This document shows, piece after piece, positions 41,673 through 55,805 of a DNA stretch of 64,000 nt (the first letter of the stretch is position 1; every line of letters begins with the position of its first letter). The stretch is from Chrysomallon squamiferum (lineage: Eukaryota > Animalia > Mollusca), in the NCBI GenBank assembly GCA_012295275.1, contig CM022678.1, positions 12,338,001-12,402,000 on the forward strand, in the 5' to 3' direction. Made by a program: the position numbers and the translations under genes. The notes under the pieces are model-generated. The model searched no databases, was not told where the DNA came from, and saw nothing but the letters and a program-made list of their open reading frames with translations.

Positions 41673-42497
41673 TACTAGAAAACTGTAGATTTAAAATGTG
41701 TAGGTTCGATCTAAATAAAATATTTTGTACTCATTCAGCAGCAATGTCATTTTATACTGTATATTCAAATGGGACTTCATTATTATTACAATAAATACAC
41801 ATACTTCCACGAAAGTCACGATTCGATTTAAACTGTTCAAGGGTCGGCTTACTAAAGATATTACTTAGCATGGCAGAAACAGTGATGTGAGAAATTACCT
41901 GCAGGATTTACGATATAATAAATTTTAAAAATTTATTTTTTCTTCTAATTTATTTCATTTTATTTTATTCATTTATTTATTTATTTCATTTTATTTTATT
42001 CATTTATTTATTTATTTAGTAGATATATCTTTTGTTTATTATGAGAATTTCGAAACCTGACTTCATAATCATTACACTCAATACATTACTTCGCTGAAGG
42101 TCACATTTCTTTTCACAGTGGTGTGGGAAATTACCTTGCAGCATTCATGGACACTCACAGGTTTAGTTGTTGGGTTTTTTTTATTTTCTGGTTGTTTTTT
42201 TTCTTCATACAATTTATTGCAGATGACTTCATTTATTATATTAAATAAAATGTGACATCACAAGGTAAAATTTAGCAAGTTCGTAATGCACTTTAATCGT
42301 TTATTTATTTCACAAATAATAAAAGAATAAACAAATAAACAGTTTACATAGTATAATGTTATATTCGCAAGTTTGTAGATTGGTCATTTCATTTGTTTAT
42401 TTATTTGTATGTACTGTTTATCGTTTGAATTGTGGAATTAATGTGTAATTTTTCCTGCCATCAGTTATTTTCAACTGCTATTCTTCGTTATCTCATA

Positions 42498-42546
<49 letters not shown>

Positions 42547-42618
42547 TCGTTACATTTTTCTTCCTCTATATTTTCTTTTTCTAATCTTTTATCATACTTA
42601 ACTGTTGTTGCCATTAAC

Positions 42619-42681
<63 letters not shown>

Positions 42682-42686
42682 CAGAT

Positions 42687-43106
42687 ATGGCAACAGCTTC
42701 AAACCCCGATGAAAACATTTCGTGTCCTCTGTGTTTGGAAATTTTTGACAAACCAAGAGGTCTGAATTGCGGACATTCGTTCTGTTGTAAATGCCTGCAG
42801 AATTACATCAGCAAAAAATACAACAACAACGACACACAAATCTCCTGCCCGTTCTGCAGGCAGAATGTCCACATCCCAGACAAACGAAACCAGTGGAAAC
42901 ATGGGCAGCTCAGTTCTCTATAAACAAGTCACTAGTGGACGCCATTAACAAAATAGAGCATTTAACGTTTTGTGAGTCATAAAGAAATAGAGGACATTTT
43001 ATCTATAACATTTTTCTACTCATAATTTATATTTAGTCGATAAAATAATTTCAATAACTCTGTATGCATATCTTTATTAATAGTATAGATTTATTAATAA
43101 CAGCTC

Positions 43107-43148
<42 letters not shown>

Positions 43149-44644
43149 TTTATTTATTTATTTATTTATTTATTTATTTGTATTTATATATTTATTTATT
43201 TCAGCTAAAAAGGGAGGTCACTTTTCACTTCTGAGTTCTGTTTCTGAGTGTCTCAAAAACTTTAAAGAAATTCTTCAGACAGAGATGGATGATAAGATTG
43301 AGCAACTTCGCCAAGCCGTCGACATCAATGTCGTGGACACTGCAGAAAAGGTCAGAAGGATTGGTAACGCACTAATAACAGATTTTACAGCCGCAGTACA
43401 CAAAGAACAAGATAGGCTAATAAGAGAAATAGAAAAATCTCAGAACTTTGTAAACTCACAAATAGAAAAATTGTTTAGTGAACACAAAAATCTGATTGAT
43501 GAAACTGAAAAGTTTATAAAACTTGGTGAACATTTGTTGAAACAAAAATCAGAATCAGACATAAAAAAGAACCTTTCAAAATTCACCAAACTTCAAAACA
43601 CAACTTCCGAGTTTCTGTCGAAATCTGTTTCACAAATAGAAAAAGCAGAGTTGAATATATATCTCAGAAAATCTGACAAAAAGAAAGAAATTTCTGTACA
43701 CATTGGAGAAATAACAACAAACATCCAAACAGACACACAGATAAACAGAGTGACAGACACACTCAAACATACAGACACTATTAACATAAAAACACAACAC
43801 ACAGTCACACAGACAGACAAAGAGACTCAAACACACAGGCACCATTAACATAAAAACACAAGAAGATAAAAAAAATCCTCGTGTGTCTTCCATCCTGGTG
43901 TCAGGTGAGGACAAGAATAAAATTGTTGTTAGTGATTATTACAATAGATGTGTAAAATGTTTTTGTTTAGAAAGAAAATCACTGATAAACAAACACGTGA
44001 CTTCCTGTCCACCAGTTGGTCTTGCTGAATCACGTGATCAGCAGGGTGATGTTGTTGTTGTTATTGTTCTGCCAGTTGAAAACAAAATATTGTTTTTAGA
44101 TTTGGAAAACTTCAAACTGATAAAAACAATTACAACTGAGAAAGAGTATAAATATATCGCTGTGTTACCTGGCAACCGTCTCGCGGTCACTGAGTGGTCT
44201 AATCAGTGCTTGGACATACTGACAGCGAGTGGTCAGCTCATTAATTCTATATCAACAGATTTGATCCCCAGTCCGTGGTTTCTCACAGTTCACGATCAAT
44301 GTCTGATTGTTGTGTCAAAGAGAGAAAACGTAAACAGTTTATTTTGTGTGACGTCATCAGGTGACGTCAAATGGAAGTCACGTAATTCAGACACACTAAT
44401 AAACTTGACAGGTGTTACATGTGACATGGAGGGAAATATTTTTGTTTGTGATTATAACAGAAATTGTGTTGTTCAGTTTTCACGCGATGGTAACAAAACA
44501 CGTGACATCCTCACTGAACAGGATGGACTGTCCAGTCCTTGGTGTATTTGTTGTGATGACAACAAACTCTGCGTGGGACAGTACAATGAAATAAAAATAT
44601 TTACTTGTTGTGAAAAGCAAACTTCAAACTGTCTGCTAACTTAG
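42687..44644 (+). pseudogene. TRIM-like paralogue (RING - full coiled coil - NHL-like); exons 42687-42971 and 43205-44644; two frameshifts
   Basis: Same splice sites as copy 1. The first coding exon is 285 nt vs 286 (-1 near 42882, stop at 42923), and there is a second net -8 indel near 43820. RING CPLCLEIFDKPRGLNCGHSFCCKC...CPFC. Confidence 0.9.
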
Positions 44645-44894
44645 TTTCACTTAACTGTTTTGGTGTTGAGTCCACAGACATTTCTTTCTTATAAATAAGC
44701 AGAAAATCAGTTATTTATTTAGTGTAAGGTAATTAATTTAGTTAATTTGTTTAATTTCTTCATTTTTATTTTTAAATATATTATTTATTTATTATCAATT
44801 ACTTTATCGTTTAACATTGCTAAATTACAAAATAGATTTCACTTTAAAACAAGATCTGATTTGCTTTTGAAAATTTCACGAAGTTTTGTCATTT

Positions 44895-44951
<57 letters not shown>

Positions 44952-46990
44952 ACATCTAAACTATCCTATTATTTTGTAAAGTAGTTTATTTCAGATAATG
45001 ATGTGGTATTTAAAATATGCTTGTACAATCAAAACTGCAATAAAATATTCTATGATAATAAATAAAATTCTTCTGTCGTCACATTTAAATTTTAAAACTG
45101 TTTTACATTGTTTCGTGATCTCTTTTTCTGTATAGCTCCCTATATTCACCAAACTGTATGTATGTCTGTATGTCTGTCTGTATAATTAATTGCATAATAT
45201 CAGTGTAGAACAAAGTAGTTCACTGTTCAGATTTATTATAAATTTATTATTAACAGCTAATACAGATTATTGTTTTGGGGACCCCCAGCATTCTCAATTA
45301 TTCTTCTCCTTTTTCTTTTTATTCTGCTTGACATATTTTATCAAATTCTCTCGTAAACATGAAGTTAAGTTTTATTTATTTATTTATAGATTTATTTTTA
45401 AAATCAAAACAAACAAATAAAAGCAAAGAAAAAAGAAGAAAGACATGCACACATAATAAAAATCAAACCAGCGAAACAACCGCACAAACGAAAAATGAAG
45501 AAGAAGAAGAAGAAAAACCCACAATAGATGTATTAAAAACGTGACTAAAAGTGAAACTCGATACTTCACTTGAGGTTTACAGACACGTGTTTCAAATCAT
45601 GTTTCATCTTTATTTAGTGTGCAGGTTCAAGTTAGTTCGAGTAGGGAACCAATTCACAATATTCACATAGCAGGGGCACATGGGCGGAACTGCGATCTGA
45701 AATATTTTTTTATTTACTTATTATTTTTTGGTTTATTCTGGGTCTGATTATTAATATTATTGTTGTTATTGTTGGTGCTGTTGCTGTTGCTGTTGTTACT
45801 ATTTTTGGATCAGTTTATTTATTTTACAATAACAATAATAGCACGAATATGAACATTAACTGTAATAATTTTATCTACATACAAATTAAAAAAGCAAGCT
45901 GGAAATACGGTCACTGGTATGAAACAAAATGTATATGCCGCATTGCATGCTTTATCTTCTAGCTGACTTTTGATGTTTCATTTAAAGTGTGCCAGCCACA
46001 GACCCACATCTTGAGGCTTGTTTGCTTCAGCTTTTTGTTTGAGGTTTGGCTTGAGTGTTATTTGAGTGTTAGCTTGTAATGAAGAACGTTTTCAATCCTC
46101 ACAATTTAGTTAACAGTGAGGTGACAAAAAATCCCCAAAACAAAATACCCCCCCCAGTAAGAATCACAACTCTTTGCAAACACAACACAACACGTAAAAA
46201 CTAAACCTTCAGTTGCAGTCAGAATTTGCTAATAAAGTCACACTGTAGTCACACTTGAACAATGGAAGTTTGATGAATATGACCCCTAACCTTGTTATGT
46301 GTGTATGTTCATGTGCCTGTGTGTGAATTTTTTTTCCTGCTGTATATGATGTGTGTGTATACATTGTGTAAGGTGTGTGTTATAATATGTAAATGTGTGT
46401 GCAAATTTTTTTTTTTTTTTTTTGCTCCTTATGAATGTATGGTGTGTCTTTGTGTTCTTGTGTGGGATATCTAGATGACTGTGTATATTATGTTGTGTGT
46501 GTTTGATGTGTAAGGGTCTGTGTATGTGTGTGAGTGTATATGGATATTGAGTGCATCTGTAAGATATATGTGTCTATCTGTGCATTTCTCACAACTCAAA
46601 AAGTAGAAACAAATAAAATGAAGTAAGAAAAACCCCACATAATGCCATAAAATGTATAATGAAAGAAAAATAATTACAAAAATAAATCAGTGTTAACATG
46701 TATTTTAGAAGCCTGTGACTTGTAATAAATAATATACAAATACAGACGAACAAACAAACCCAGTTATAAATCTGCAAGCTTTTATGAGATGCAGTGTAAA
46801 ATTATGTGACCATAATTTACACTGTTATTTAGACACACAGTATTTCACTATACAGTTATCTTTCCTAGATGACAAACATTTAGTGTAACTCAGTTTATTA
46901 AATGTAGGCTAATACACAGATCTAAATAAAACCATGCCCTGAATAAATAAAAATATTATCTGCTTAGTATTGTTAAAATTATTCATGTAC

Positions 46991-47021
<31 letters not shown>

Positions 47022-47364
47022 TGATGATAATGATGATGATAATTTATTTTAAAAGATAGAGTTTATCTTATTTATATATGTATACATAGCATTACATTTA
47101 GCTAAATGAAACTACATTAATTTAGATGGAAAAGGTCAGTAGTAAAAGTTTCTCGATATTATTTTGATTTAGATATAATCTAATAATTCTCTACCTATAT
47201 AACACTGTTTTCTGGATTAATATACTTAATATTATCATCAATCTAAAATTATTCAAAATGATATGTTTTACAGATTTCTATATGGTTTATTTTCTAACTT
47301 GATAATTGAAATACATTTTTAAAAATTTCTTTGTTTTATATATAATCTGTAGAGTTATGAATAG

Positions 47365-48690
47365 ACATTACGCATCCATTATAAATGCAAATAGTAAAAG
47401 AGTGAAATCAAACATTAATTCTGTAGCCCCACATTTCTGCAAACCCTCTTCAAGGATTTCTGTAAGAAATTTACAGAAACAAATTTTATTAATATATTAT
47501 ATTTATCTCTTATTAAGGATGAGAGTTTCTTGGTGTATGTAAAAATGCTAACTTAAAACTGGTTAATAATAATAGCAATATTAAAAAGATAAAATAATAA
47601 TTTAAAAAATATATATATATATATATATATATTTGTGCTAGCAGATTCTGGTAACAAAAACAGAACATGGTTTTTACTGAATGAAATTTTAATGAGTTTT
47701 AGACAAGTTTTACTTTGAAATTTTCTTTTCTTTAACATTTAACACTACAGAACTTAAATTCATCATGAAACACAACTGGAAAATTCCACAAATAAAACAC
47801 AACTCTTCTTTTTTTAAATAAATAAGTCATTTATAATTAACAAGCAATATACAGTAGCACATTATTATAGATTAAATAAGTTTTGAATGCAGAAACTGTG
47901 ATGCAGCCTGATTAATCATGATAAAAATATTTCCCCATCTGACAAACAGTGATTTGAAATATCACAGGTTCATTCTAGATTTTATTTCACACCCTATGAA
48001 TTAAAGATCTGAATATTCTGAAAATGATTAATTATTTTAAGCTTTTTTTTTAAATTTGTATATTTAAATAAGCATCTTTTAACTGGCACATTCATATTAA
48101 CATTTTCCCATTGGCATATAAATATTTTAAAGTTGAAATTTGCTTGTATAAAACTGTGATGTTCTAGTCAGCATATTTAAATTAGCATGTTTCATTAGCT
48201 TATTTAAATACCATGTTTCATTAGCATATTTAAATAGCATGTTTCAATAGCATATTTAAAATCAGCACACTTAAATTTAAAGTAGCTTTAAAAATGCACA
48301 TTAAACCTGAATTGAAACAAAGTATCGTGAAAAATAGATGAAAATGTATGAAAAATGACAAAACGAAGTGATATGAATTTCTTCATGTACATCATCAAAG
48401 CCAAATTTACACATATTCAGGAAATGTAACACAGAAGCAACATGGTCCACAATGAAAAACACATGATTAAAAATAAATGTTTTTATTTAACAAAATCATT
48501 TAAAAATTTTGAATATTTTTATAAATCAGTTTGAGAACTCGAAACTAATATTATATGTAGACTAATGGTTTTATCTAAATAATAATAATAATAATAATAT
48601 TTGTTTCTAATTAATGTAGATCCTTTTTTTTTACTGCAGCAAGTTTTGATAATTTAATGATCTTTGCTTATGTCAGTTTCAGTGTTGTTA

Positions 48691-48727
<37 letters not shown>

Positions 48728-50837
48728 CAACAGCAGCAAATGTTACTGCATTAATCAAAAAAGTAAATAATTTTCTGAAAAACGTTTGTTTAATTTACTA
48801 CAAGTATTAAGATGGTATAAAAATGATCAGTAAAGCTGGAAACACTTTATAAAAACATGACAATGACTTACCAACTTTGTGTACCTTTTATAGAAACAGG
48901 TCACATTTACCTCACATGAATAACATTAGGAACATGGAAAAGATGTCTCATACAACAAATATTAAAAATATGATTTGTCATCAAGATTAAATATTCAGTT
49001 ATAATTTACTAAAAATGAGAAAATGTAAGCAATTTTATGTAAAAAAAAAAAAAAAAAAAAAAATAAAATAAAATAAAATAAAATAAAATTACCTGAATGG
49101 TTTAGCTAAGAAAAAGCTCTTGAAAGTAATGGATGTATTTCTTGTGTTTATAAAAACAAAACGTGGATCAATGTTGTCTAAATTAGGGGTTATATTGTTA
49201 ATAATAAAATAACTCAAAATTAAAGACCATAATTTTTCAGTATATGATAAGAACATTGATTTTGGGGGGAAAAAAAACAGATGTGTTTTTCAATGTTAAT
49301 ATTAATCACTTTTACTATCAGTATATTGAGTTGTATATCTAATAACATTACCGAAAAAATCCCTTTTTTTTTCTTTGATAATTGTACATAATTGTACATA
49401 ATAAAATTTACAAACATCAGCATAATTTTAATATTAATAAAGAAGATATTCATATTTCGATGTGGAGTGGAGATATTGAACTTATATCTTACGTTAACTT
49501 TACAAAGTTATTCAAAATATGAAATTATCAAAATATAACGTTAATGTCGTTTATAATAAAATATTTCCTTTTTTCTGATCCCTGAAATTCTTTTTGATCA
49601 GAGGATTGGTAAGTTCATAAAAAACATTAAAACCTTTCTCTCAATCTCAGTTTTGTTGTATAAACATCCGTGATGTTAGCTGAAAGCGTTTTTCGTTCTT
49701 ACTTTTTTATTTTGGTTTGTTTGTAAATCAGAAAAAAAGCAGTGATCATTTAAGTTACATACACTCAGTGATATTTACAGGTGTTGCTTAAGATCAAGAA
49801 ATACTGAGAGATTTTCTTTTATTTGTTAATGATCATATTAGAGCTAAATCTAATTCTCGTTTTTTCTGTTTATTTGTTTGAATATCAGTTTTCAATCCAC
49901 AAACACACATGACAGAAAGAAGAAAACACAGAATAGATAGATAGGCATATTTGTCTATCTACCTAAATTCATCTATATCTATCAATTTACTTTTTAACTT
50001 CTACTTATCTGTCTATCAGTCTATCAATCTCTCTCTCTTTCTTTCTGTATATCTTCCTGTTAACATCCCATGAGAAAGTCAGTTTTATATCTTTGTCAAT
50101 CATCTTTCCATTTCTTCAAATGGTTGCTCTCAAGTTAACTTCTAATATTCTTTATGAAAACAACATTAAGTCTGTAAATATCATTGCCTCCACATCTTTT
50201 CATTTCTTCTGCACTAATTTGTAATGTAGAACCACACAGAGCTTTTGCACTGTCATTAGTCATGACAGCTGAAGTTTTTTGTTCCCTTCCACAATTACGG
50301 AGAATCATCCACTGTTAACTGAGCATATTCAATCAACACTGATGTGTATTGTCACCAACTTCTCTGTTTGGAAACTGTCCGTTATGGAGTTTTAGCAGAG
50401 TAACGTGTCCACATTATTGTAATATTCATCGACCAATGTGAATGAAAATTATTCATTTTATTTTATTTTATTATTATTATGTTGTTGTTTGTTTTGTTTT
50501 TCGGCTGGCGACGTCGTAGTAATAACTGAAAAAAAAAATAATTATAATAAATAAATAAATGAAAAAAAAAAAATAGTACGAAATGAGTACAAGATGGTAT
50601 GACGTCAAAATCATACACAAAACACACATACACACACAAAATTAATAATAATAAAAAGAAAATATTTCGACCTTAGCTGCAATTACTACTCAATAACAGA
50701 CATCTATATAGAAGCGGCATTTGTAACATGATATATTTCCCCAAATTACCTCTGATAATCCATGTAGAATTGATTGCATTATGAAGGATTAAGTGTTTAA
50801 AAGTTTGTAAACACTGATCGGCGTTCGACGCTGCCAT
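47365..50837 (-). pseudogene. Degenerate multi-exon gene with CARD-like start, ZU5-like middle and death-domain-like end
   Basis: ATG at 50837 (AAGATGGCAGCG) gives MAASNADQCLQTFKHLILHNAINSTWII. About 50.3-50.4 kb: VDTL/LLKLH...RSW*QYTSVL.EYAQL. Exon 49093-49187: NIDPRFVF...FLAKPF. About 48307-48446: FGFDDVHEEIHITSFCHFS. Last exon about 47365-47459: EILEEGLQKCGATEL. Domain labels are motif-level only. Confidence 0.45.
48168..48268. repeat. About 27-bp tandem repeat, 3-4 copies
   Basis: TAGCATATTTAAATAGCATGTTTCAT repeated. Confidence 0.75.
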
Positions 50838-50900
50838 CTTGGATTTTCATCGGAAGTTTCCGTGCGCGCTCGGCGTAATTTGTGCCGTTACGAGTAATCG
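50828..50900 (-). promoter_or_regulatory. CpG-rich core promoter with YY1/Kozak overlap and inverted ETS cores (kB-like)
   Basis: GCCATCTTG (YY1 AAGATGGC) overlaps the minus-strand ATG. CGGAA-GT-TTCCG at 50851-50862 contains GGAAGTTTCC. GCGCGC nearby; strong local CpG enrichment. Confidence 0.6.
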
Positions 50901-53269
50901 TTCCTGCTTGTCCATGCTGCCATAAATATTCTACTCGAAATTGTTAGTCGAATTTAAAATCTTTTGACGGTCTTATTTTGCTTTATTTTTTAAACTTGTA
51001 TTTCCTAAATATGTATTGGATATCTGCAAATACACAAAATATTTAAAATAAAAATAATTTGTAAATAAATTCATTGTTTTTTGAAGAGGCGAATCGAAAA
51101 CAGAGTAAATGAAAAAATAAATGAAATAGGCATTTTACAGTAACACATGAAATATATCAAAAATAAAGGAACTGGTTATTTAAAAGACAAAAACAACGGA
51201 GGGAATGTTAATAAGCTGGTTCTGTTTGCTACAAAATAGTATTTAGTTCTTTTCATGTAAACGCAGCAAATCTAAATTACCGTCAGATCGCATTTGCAAG
51301 GTGTAATCTATTTCAGAAGTTCGTGGTCTACGGGAAATAACTCTATTTACCACATTGGTAAAATACAGAAAAGACTGAGTGTTGTGTAAACTATATATAA
51401 AAAGAAAGAAAAAAGAAATCACAGGGAATTGTCTTTTATTTTTCTCAGTAAATGAGAAAGACTCAGAAGAGACGAAAGAGTATTAGTGGCATCTTAAGTC
51501 TGCTGAATACAAATCAGTCACTGAATTTTAGTAAATTCATTAAAGTGATTTTGTTTAAACCTGTATATTATTTTTTTTATTTCTATTTAATGTAACTGTT
51601 TCTTTATAATAAATATAAATAATCTTTTTATTTCCTTTCTTACTTTTTTCTTTTCCCTTGTTTCAGTAGTCTTTCTTAATTATTATTTTATTTATTATTT
51701 TAATTAGTATTATTGTAGTTATTGTTGTTTTTACAAAAATAAATAAATAAAACAATAAATATAATTTTAATTTTAACACTGACTTAATCTTTTCATTTTT
51801 CTTTGTTTCAGTATTCTTACATAATTATTATTTTATTACTGCACAATTTAAATAGTGGATATTGGATATTTATATATTATGTAGATGAGAAGGCGCTAGT
51901 TTAATCTCAAAATCTTCAGGTGAGATTTTATTCATAACTGGAGAAGAAACAATATTTATTTAACAGTATTGCTATATTTTAACAGGATGAAACCATTTCG
52001 TCTAGCTAACTAAAAATATCCTCTTATCTCATAAAACACTAGTTCAGGAGGCCAGGGATAATTGCTATGATATAAGTTTAAAAATTAACAATATAAGATT
52101 TCTCCTAGTTGAATAAAATGTACGTGAAATTATCAGATTTTTGTATGATGCAAACAGAGGAAAACATAATAAAACATCACGTTATTTTCACTAAGTATCA
52201 GTTTATGGTAAAATTAAATGGCGCTGGTTTTACGTATTAATGTGAATTACGTCGCCTTTTATTCAAATAGAAAACTCCGCTTATCCCTTTTAATTTTAAT
52301 TTTAATGTTGTTTGCTACGCAAAATCAAATTTTGTGATTCAAGTAAAGTGTAACTTCTCACGTGTTCAGTATTAACAGTTGTTTATTTCTCAATTTACAA
52401 GTCGAGCGCTGTAAAATGCCACTATGAAATAAAAGGTCAGATAATGATTAATGTGATATTTGATTAACTGCAGAACAGATTACACTAAAAAGCTCAGCAT
52501 GATGCTGAAAACTGAGCTTTTACTTTTAAGAATCCACTCATTTTTGTTGATAAGTTGATAACAAATGAAAATAAGGTATAATATTTATGTTGTCAAGATG
52601 AGCGCAGTTTTAACATTAATTTGAAATTGAACAACGACATTTACTTTATTAACATCATCAAGGTTATACTTGAAAAGCCGATAATAATCCCTTAGCTGTA
52701 TCCAAAATTACATATATATATATATATATACATATTCTATCAATATTTGTTATGATGCAAACCAGAGATAAACAGTGGTACATTTACTAAGATAGAACGT
52801 CACTTATTCGTATATATTGCACAGCTGGTTGTAAGTAAAAACGTGAATTCTGTCGAGCAGTCTCAAATTATCTTCAGAAAATTACTCTAATAAAACAAAT
52901 CTCTTGCAAACTGAGCTGAAAAATTACTCCTTACATCCTAATATCTAGACCTACAGAGATATTGTGAGAGTAATATTCTATATTGAAAAAAAAAAGAGGT
53001 GATATTGCAGGAAACTGAGATTAATAAGTTATTATACTGATAATTAATCCTCTAATTACTAATGTATTCTGAAGTAAAGTTAATAAAAAATAATATAAAA
53101 ATAGAGATTAAAAACAGAATCATTAATTGGATTATTTTAATGATTTATTCTTATATTTTGAATTGTTATTATTAACATTAAAAGATATTTGAAAAAAGCA
53201 ATATCTTTTTCAGAAACAGATTTGCAATAATTTTAATTTAAAAACAAAATGAAAATGAAATGATGTATG

Positions 53270-53313
<44 letters not shown>

Positions 53314-53837
53314 TCAAAATTTTTGAAGTTTATTATTAATTTGCTTCATTATGGCTTCATTATGATAATCTGTGACATCAAATAAAAGTGAAATGGTTCA
53401 TAATACAAAATCTTGAAGGCATATGTCATTATAATTCATTATTGGAATGCATTCTTACACAAGTGGAGTTTAGTATTACCTGAAAATGCTATTGTAATTA
53501 TGCTTCCTATTTAATAAACTTGTTTGATTAGTGACATGATGCAGAGTGATCTTGACTGCTCAAGATTTATAGTGTATATGTTGTATGAAAAATTCATTGT
53601 TTTTATTCAAGGGCCAAATCGAAAAAAAAAAAAAAAAATGTTTTAAGCGAAATAGGAATTTTACAATAATTAAGTAATAATAATAATTCAAATAAACCAA
53701 CAAATAATGGAAACTGGTTGTTTAGAAACTGTTGAATTTAATATTTGAATATTTTACTTGACAGAATTAGCCGAATTCATCTAAAAGTAGTAAATTTATT
53801 ATTATTATTATTATTTTTTTTTTTTTTGTGTATGTGT

Positions 53838-53956
53838 TTATATATACAAACACGTTAAACAGAGTTATTTCCCTTAGACCATTAATGCATATTCAATGTC
53901 ACATCTATTAATGGTCTACGGGAAATAACTCCATTTAACGGATTTTGTAAATATAC
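53838..53956. repeat. Inverted repeat / hairpin (25-bp core arms with 1 mismatch, 20-nt loop, extendable to about 50 bp)
   Basis: GAGTTATTTCCCTTAGACCATTAAT (53862-53886) vs ATTAATGGTCTACGGGAAATAACTC (53907-53931). A solo copy of the right arm lies at about 51324-51380. Confidence 0.9.
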
Positions 53957-55239
53957 AAAAAAGACTGAGTAGATAGGTATATAGAGATAGAGAGATGTAC
54001 AGAATACTATTCAGTATGATTAGTGATCATTCTAGTTCTCTGTTTTCATAAAATCGAACAAGATGTCTATATAAAAAATAATGATTAAATCAGATTATCT
54101 TTTGCTGTTTGACAACAAATACCGAAGATGTTGATAATATATACATAATAAAAATAAAAACACAGATATTTTTCTTTATTTATTTTTGTTAAATTATTTG
54201 AATGTGCCTTAACATTTTTATGTTAACAAATTGAAAAAGTTTCAGTATGATTTTCCATTTTGATTATTGTTTTTAGATAAGATGCAATGTGTTTGAATTT
54301 GTAAATGTCAGAATTTAAAACAGTACAAATAATGCTTTTTTTATTAGAAATATATGTAACATAACCTGGTTATATTTTATTGTTGGTCAAAAACTCCAAA
54401 CATTATTAAAAATATTTAAAGTACTGAATGTTCATAACCCTTGAACATCTCGTAGAACAATGAAATTTGAATCTGAAAGCTGCAGAAATATTTAGTATAA
54501 TTCTTAAAAGCAAAGGGACTATTTGAATTACTTTGTTGTCATATACATTTCTGAACATTTTTACCAGATTGTCTGAAGTCTGTATTAGGACCCCTGCTAC
54601 TGTTGCTCAAGTAAACAAGTTTCTTTCTCCAGATGATAACTTGTGCAGGGCAATTGCTAGTGATGTCTACCAATTAACAAAACATGAGATGCTAGATTTT
54701 TGTACAAACAAACCAACTTTAATTTTCATTCAACTTGGAAATATTAAATACCAATTTGTATTTCAACTGATAATTTTTATTTTATTTATTTATTTAGTTA
54801 TTTATTTTCATTTTTCCCCAGCTTTTTAATTCAACTAAGCAGAAAATACAGATTATAAAATACTTGGAAGACATTTCCATTTGCACATATTTGAAATAAT
54901 TGTTTTAATTTTTCAAACATATGAAAGGCAACTTATAAAATACTCAGAAAAATTCCATTTATGTACATTTTTCTCTTCGTTAATTTTTATCGTTTTTAAA
55001 TGATTATTTTCTGTTTTTAAAGATTCCTTATTGAAATGATTCATTTATTCTTTTTAATATGGGAAACATGAATATGATCATGTTTCTTCTAATTAAAAAT
55101 AACAAAGTCATGGTTAGTGCAAATAAAATTATAATTTAATTAACAGTTTACATTAGAAATATACTATTATTATTTTTTATTTTTTATTTTTTTTACTTTT
55201 TTTGGCATTACAATATATATATATATATATTCTTATATT

Positions 55240-55805
55240 CTTACATAATTTTAAATATATTTACACAATGATTAACCTCTACAAACCCTTGATTCCCCCG
55301 ATTTAAATAATATAAGAGATGTTTTTTTGTTTCCTATTTTTTAATAAAAAATTCCAATTACCTAATTACCTAATGTTCAATTATATTTACCTTGATTACC
55401 CATCAAACCCTTGATTTTCCCATGATTTAAATATAAAGAAAAAATGTTTTTTTTTTTTTTTTAAATCTAATTACCCCTAATTACATAATTTTTAATATAT
55501 TTATACAATGATTACCCCCAGCAAACACTTGATTTTCCCCTGATTTAAATAATATCATTTTTTTTCTCCCTTCTTTGTTTTTTTTATGAAAAATTCTAGT
55601 TACCCCTAATTACATAATTTTCAATTATATTTACATTGATTATCTCTAGCAAACCCTTGATTTTGCCCTGATTTAAATAATACAAAGAAAAAATGTTTAT
55701 TTTTTTGGTATTTGTATAAAAAATTGTAATTACATAGTCTTAAATATATTTACACTATGATTACCACCAGCAAACCCTTGTTTTAGCCTGATATAAATAA
55801 TATAA
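55240..55805. repeat. About 120-128-bp tandem repeat, 5 diverged copies
   Basis: TACATAATTTT.AA.TATATTTACA..ATGATTAC...CAAACCCTTGATTTT.CC..GATTTAAATAAT recurs at about 55242, 55368, 55482, 55610 and 55730. Confidence 0.88.

Noticed and set aside
45900-46120. Possible RTE-type LINE endonuclease start on the minus strand (CGWHTLNETSK)
   Set aside because: Only one weak motif; not enough to call.
52487-52522. Short hairpin AAAAGCTCAG...CTGAGCTTTT resembling a terminator
   Set aside because: Eukaryotic intergenic DNA; a 10-bp stem is not significant at this window size.
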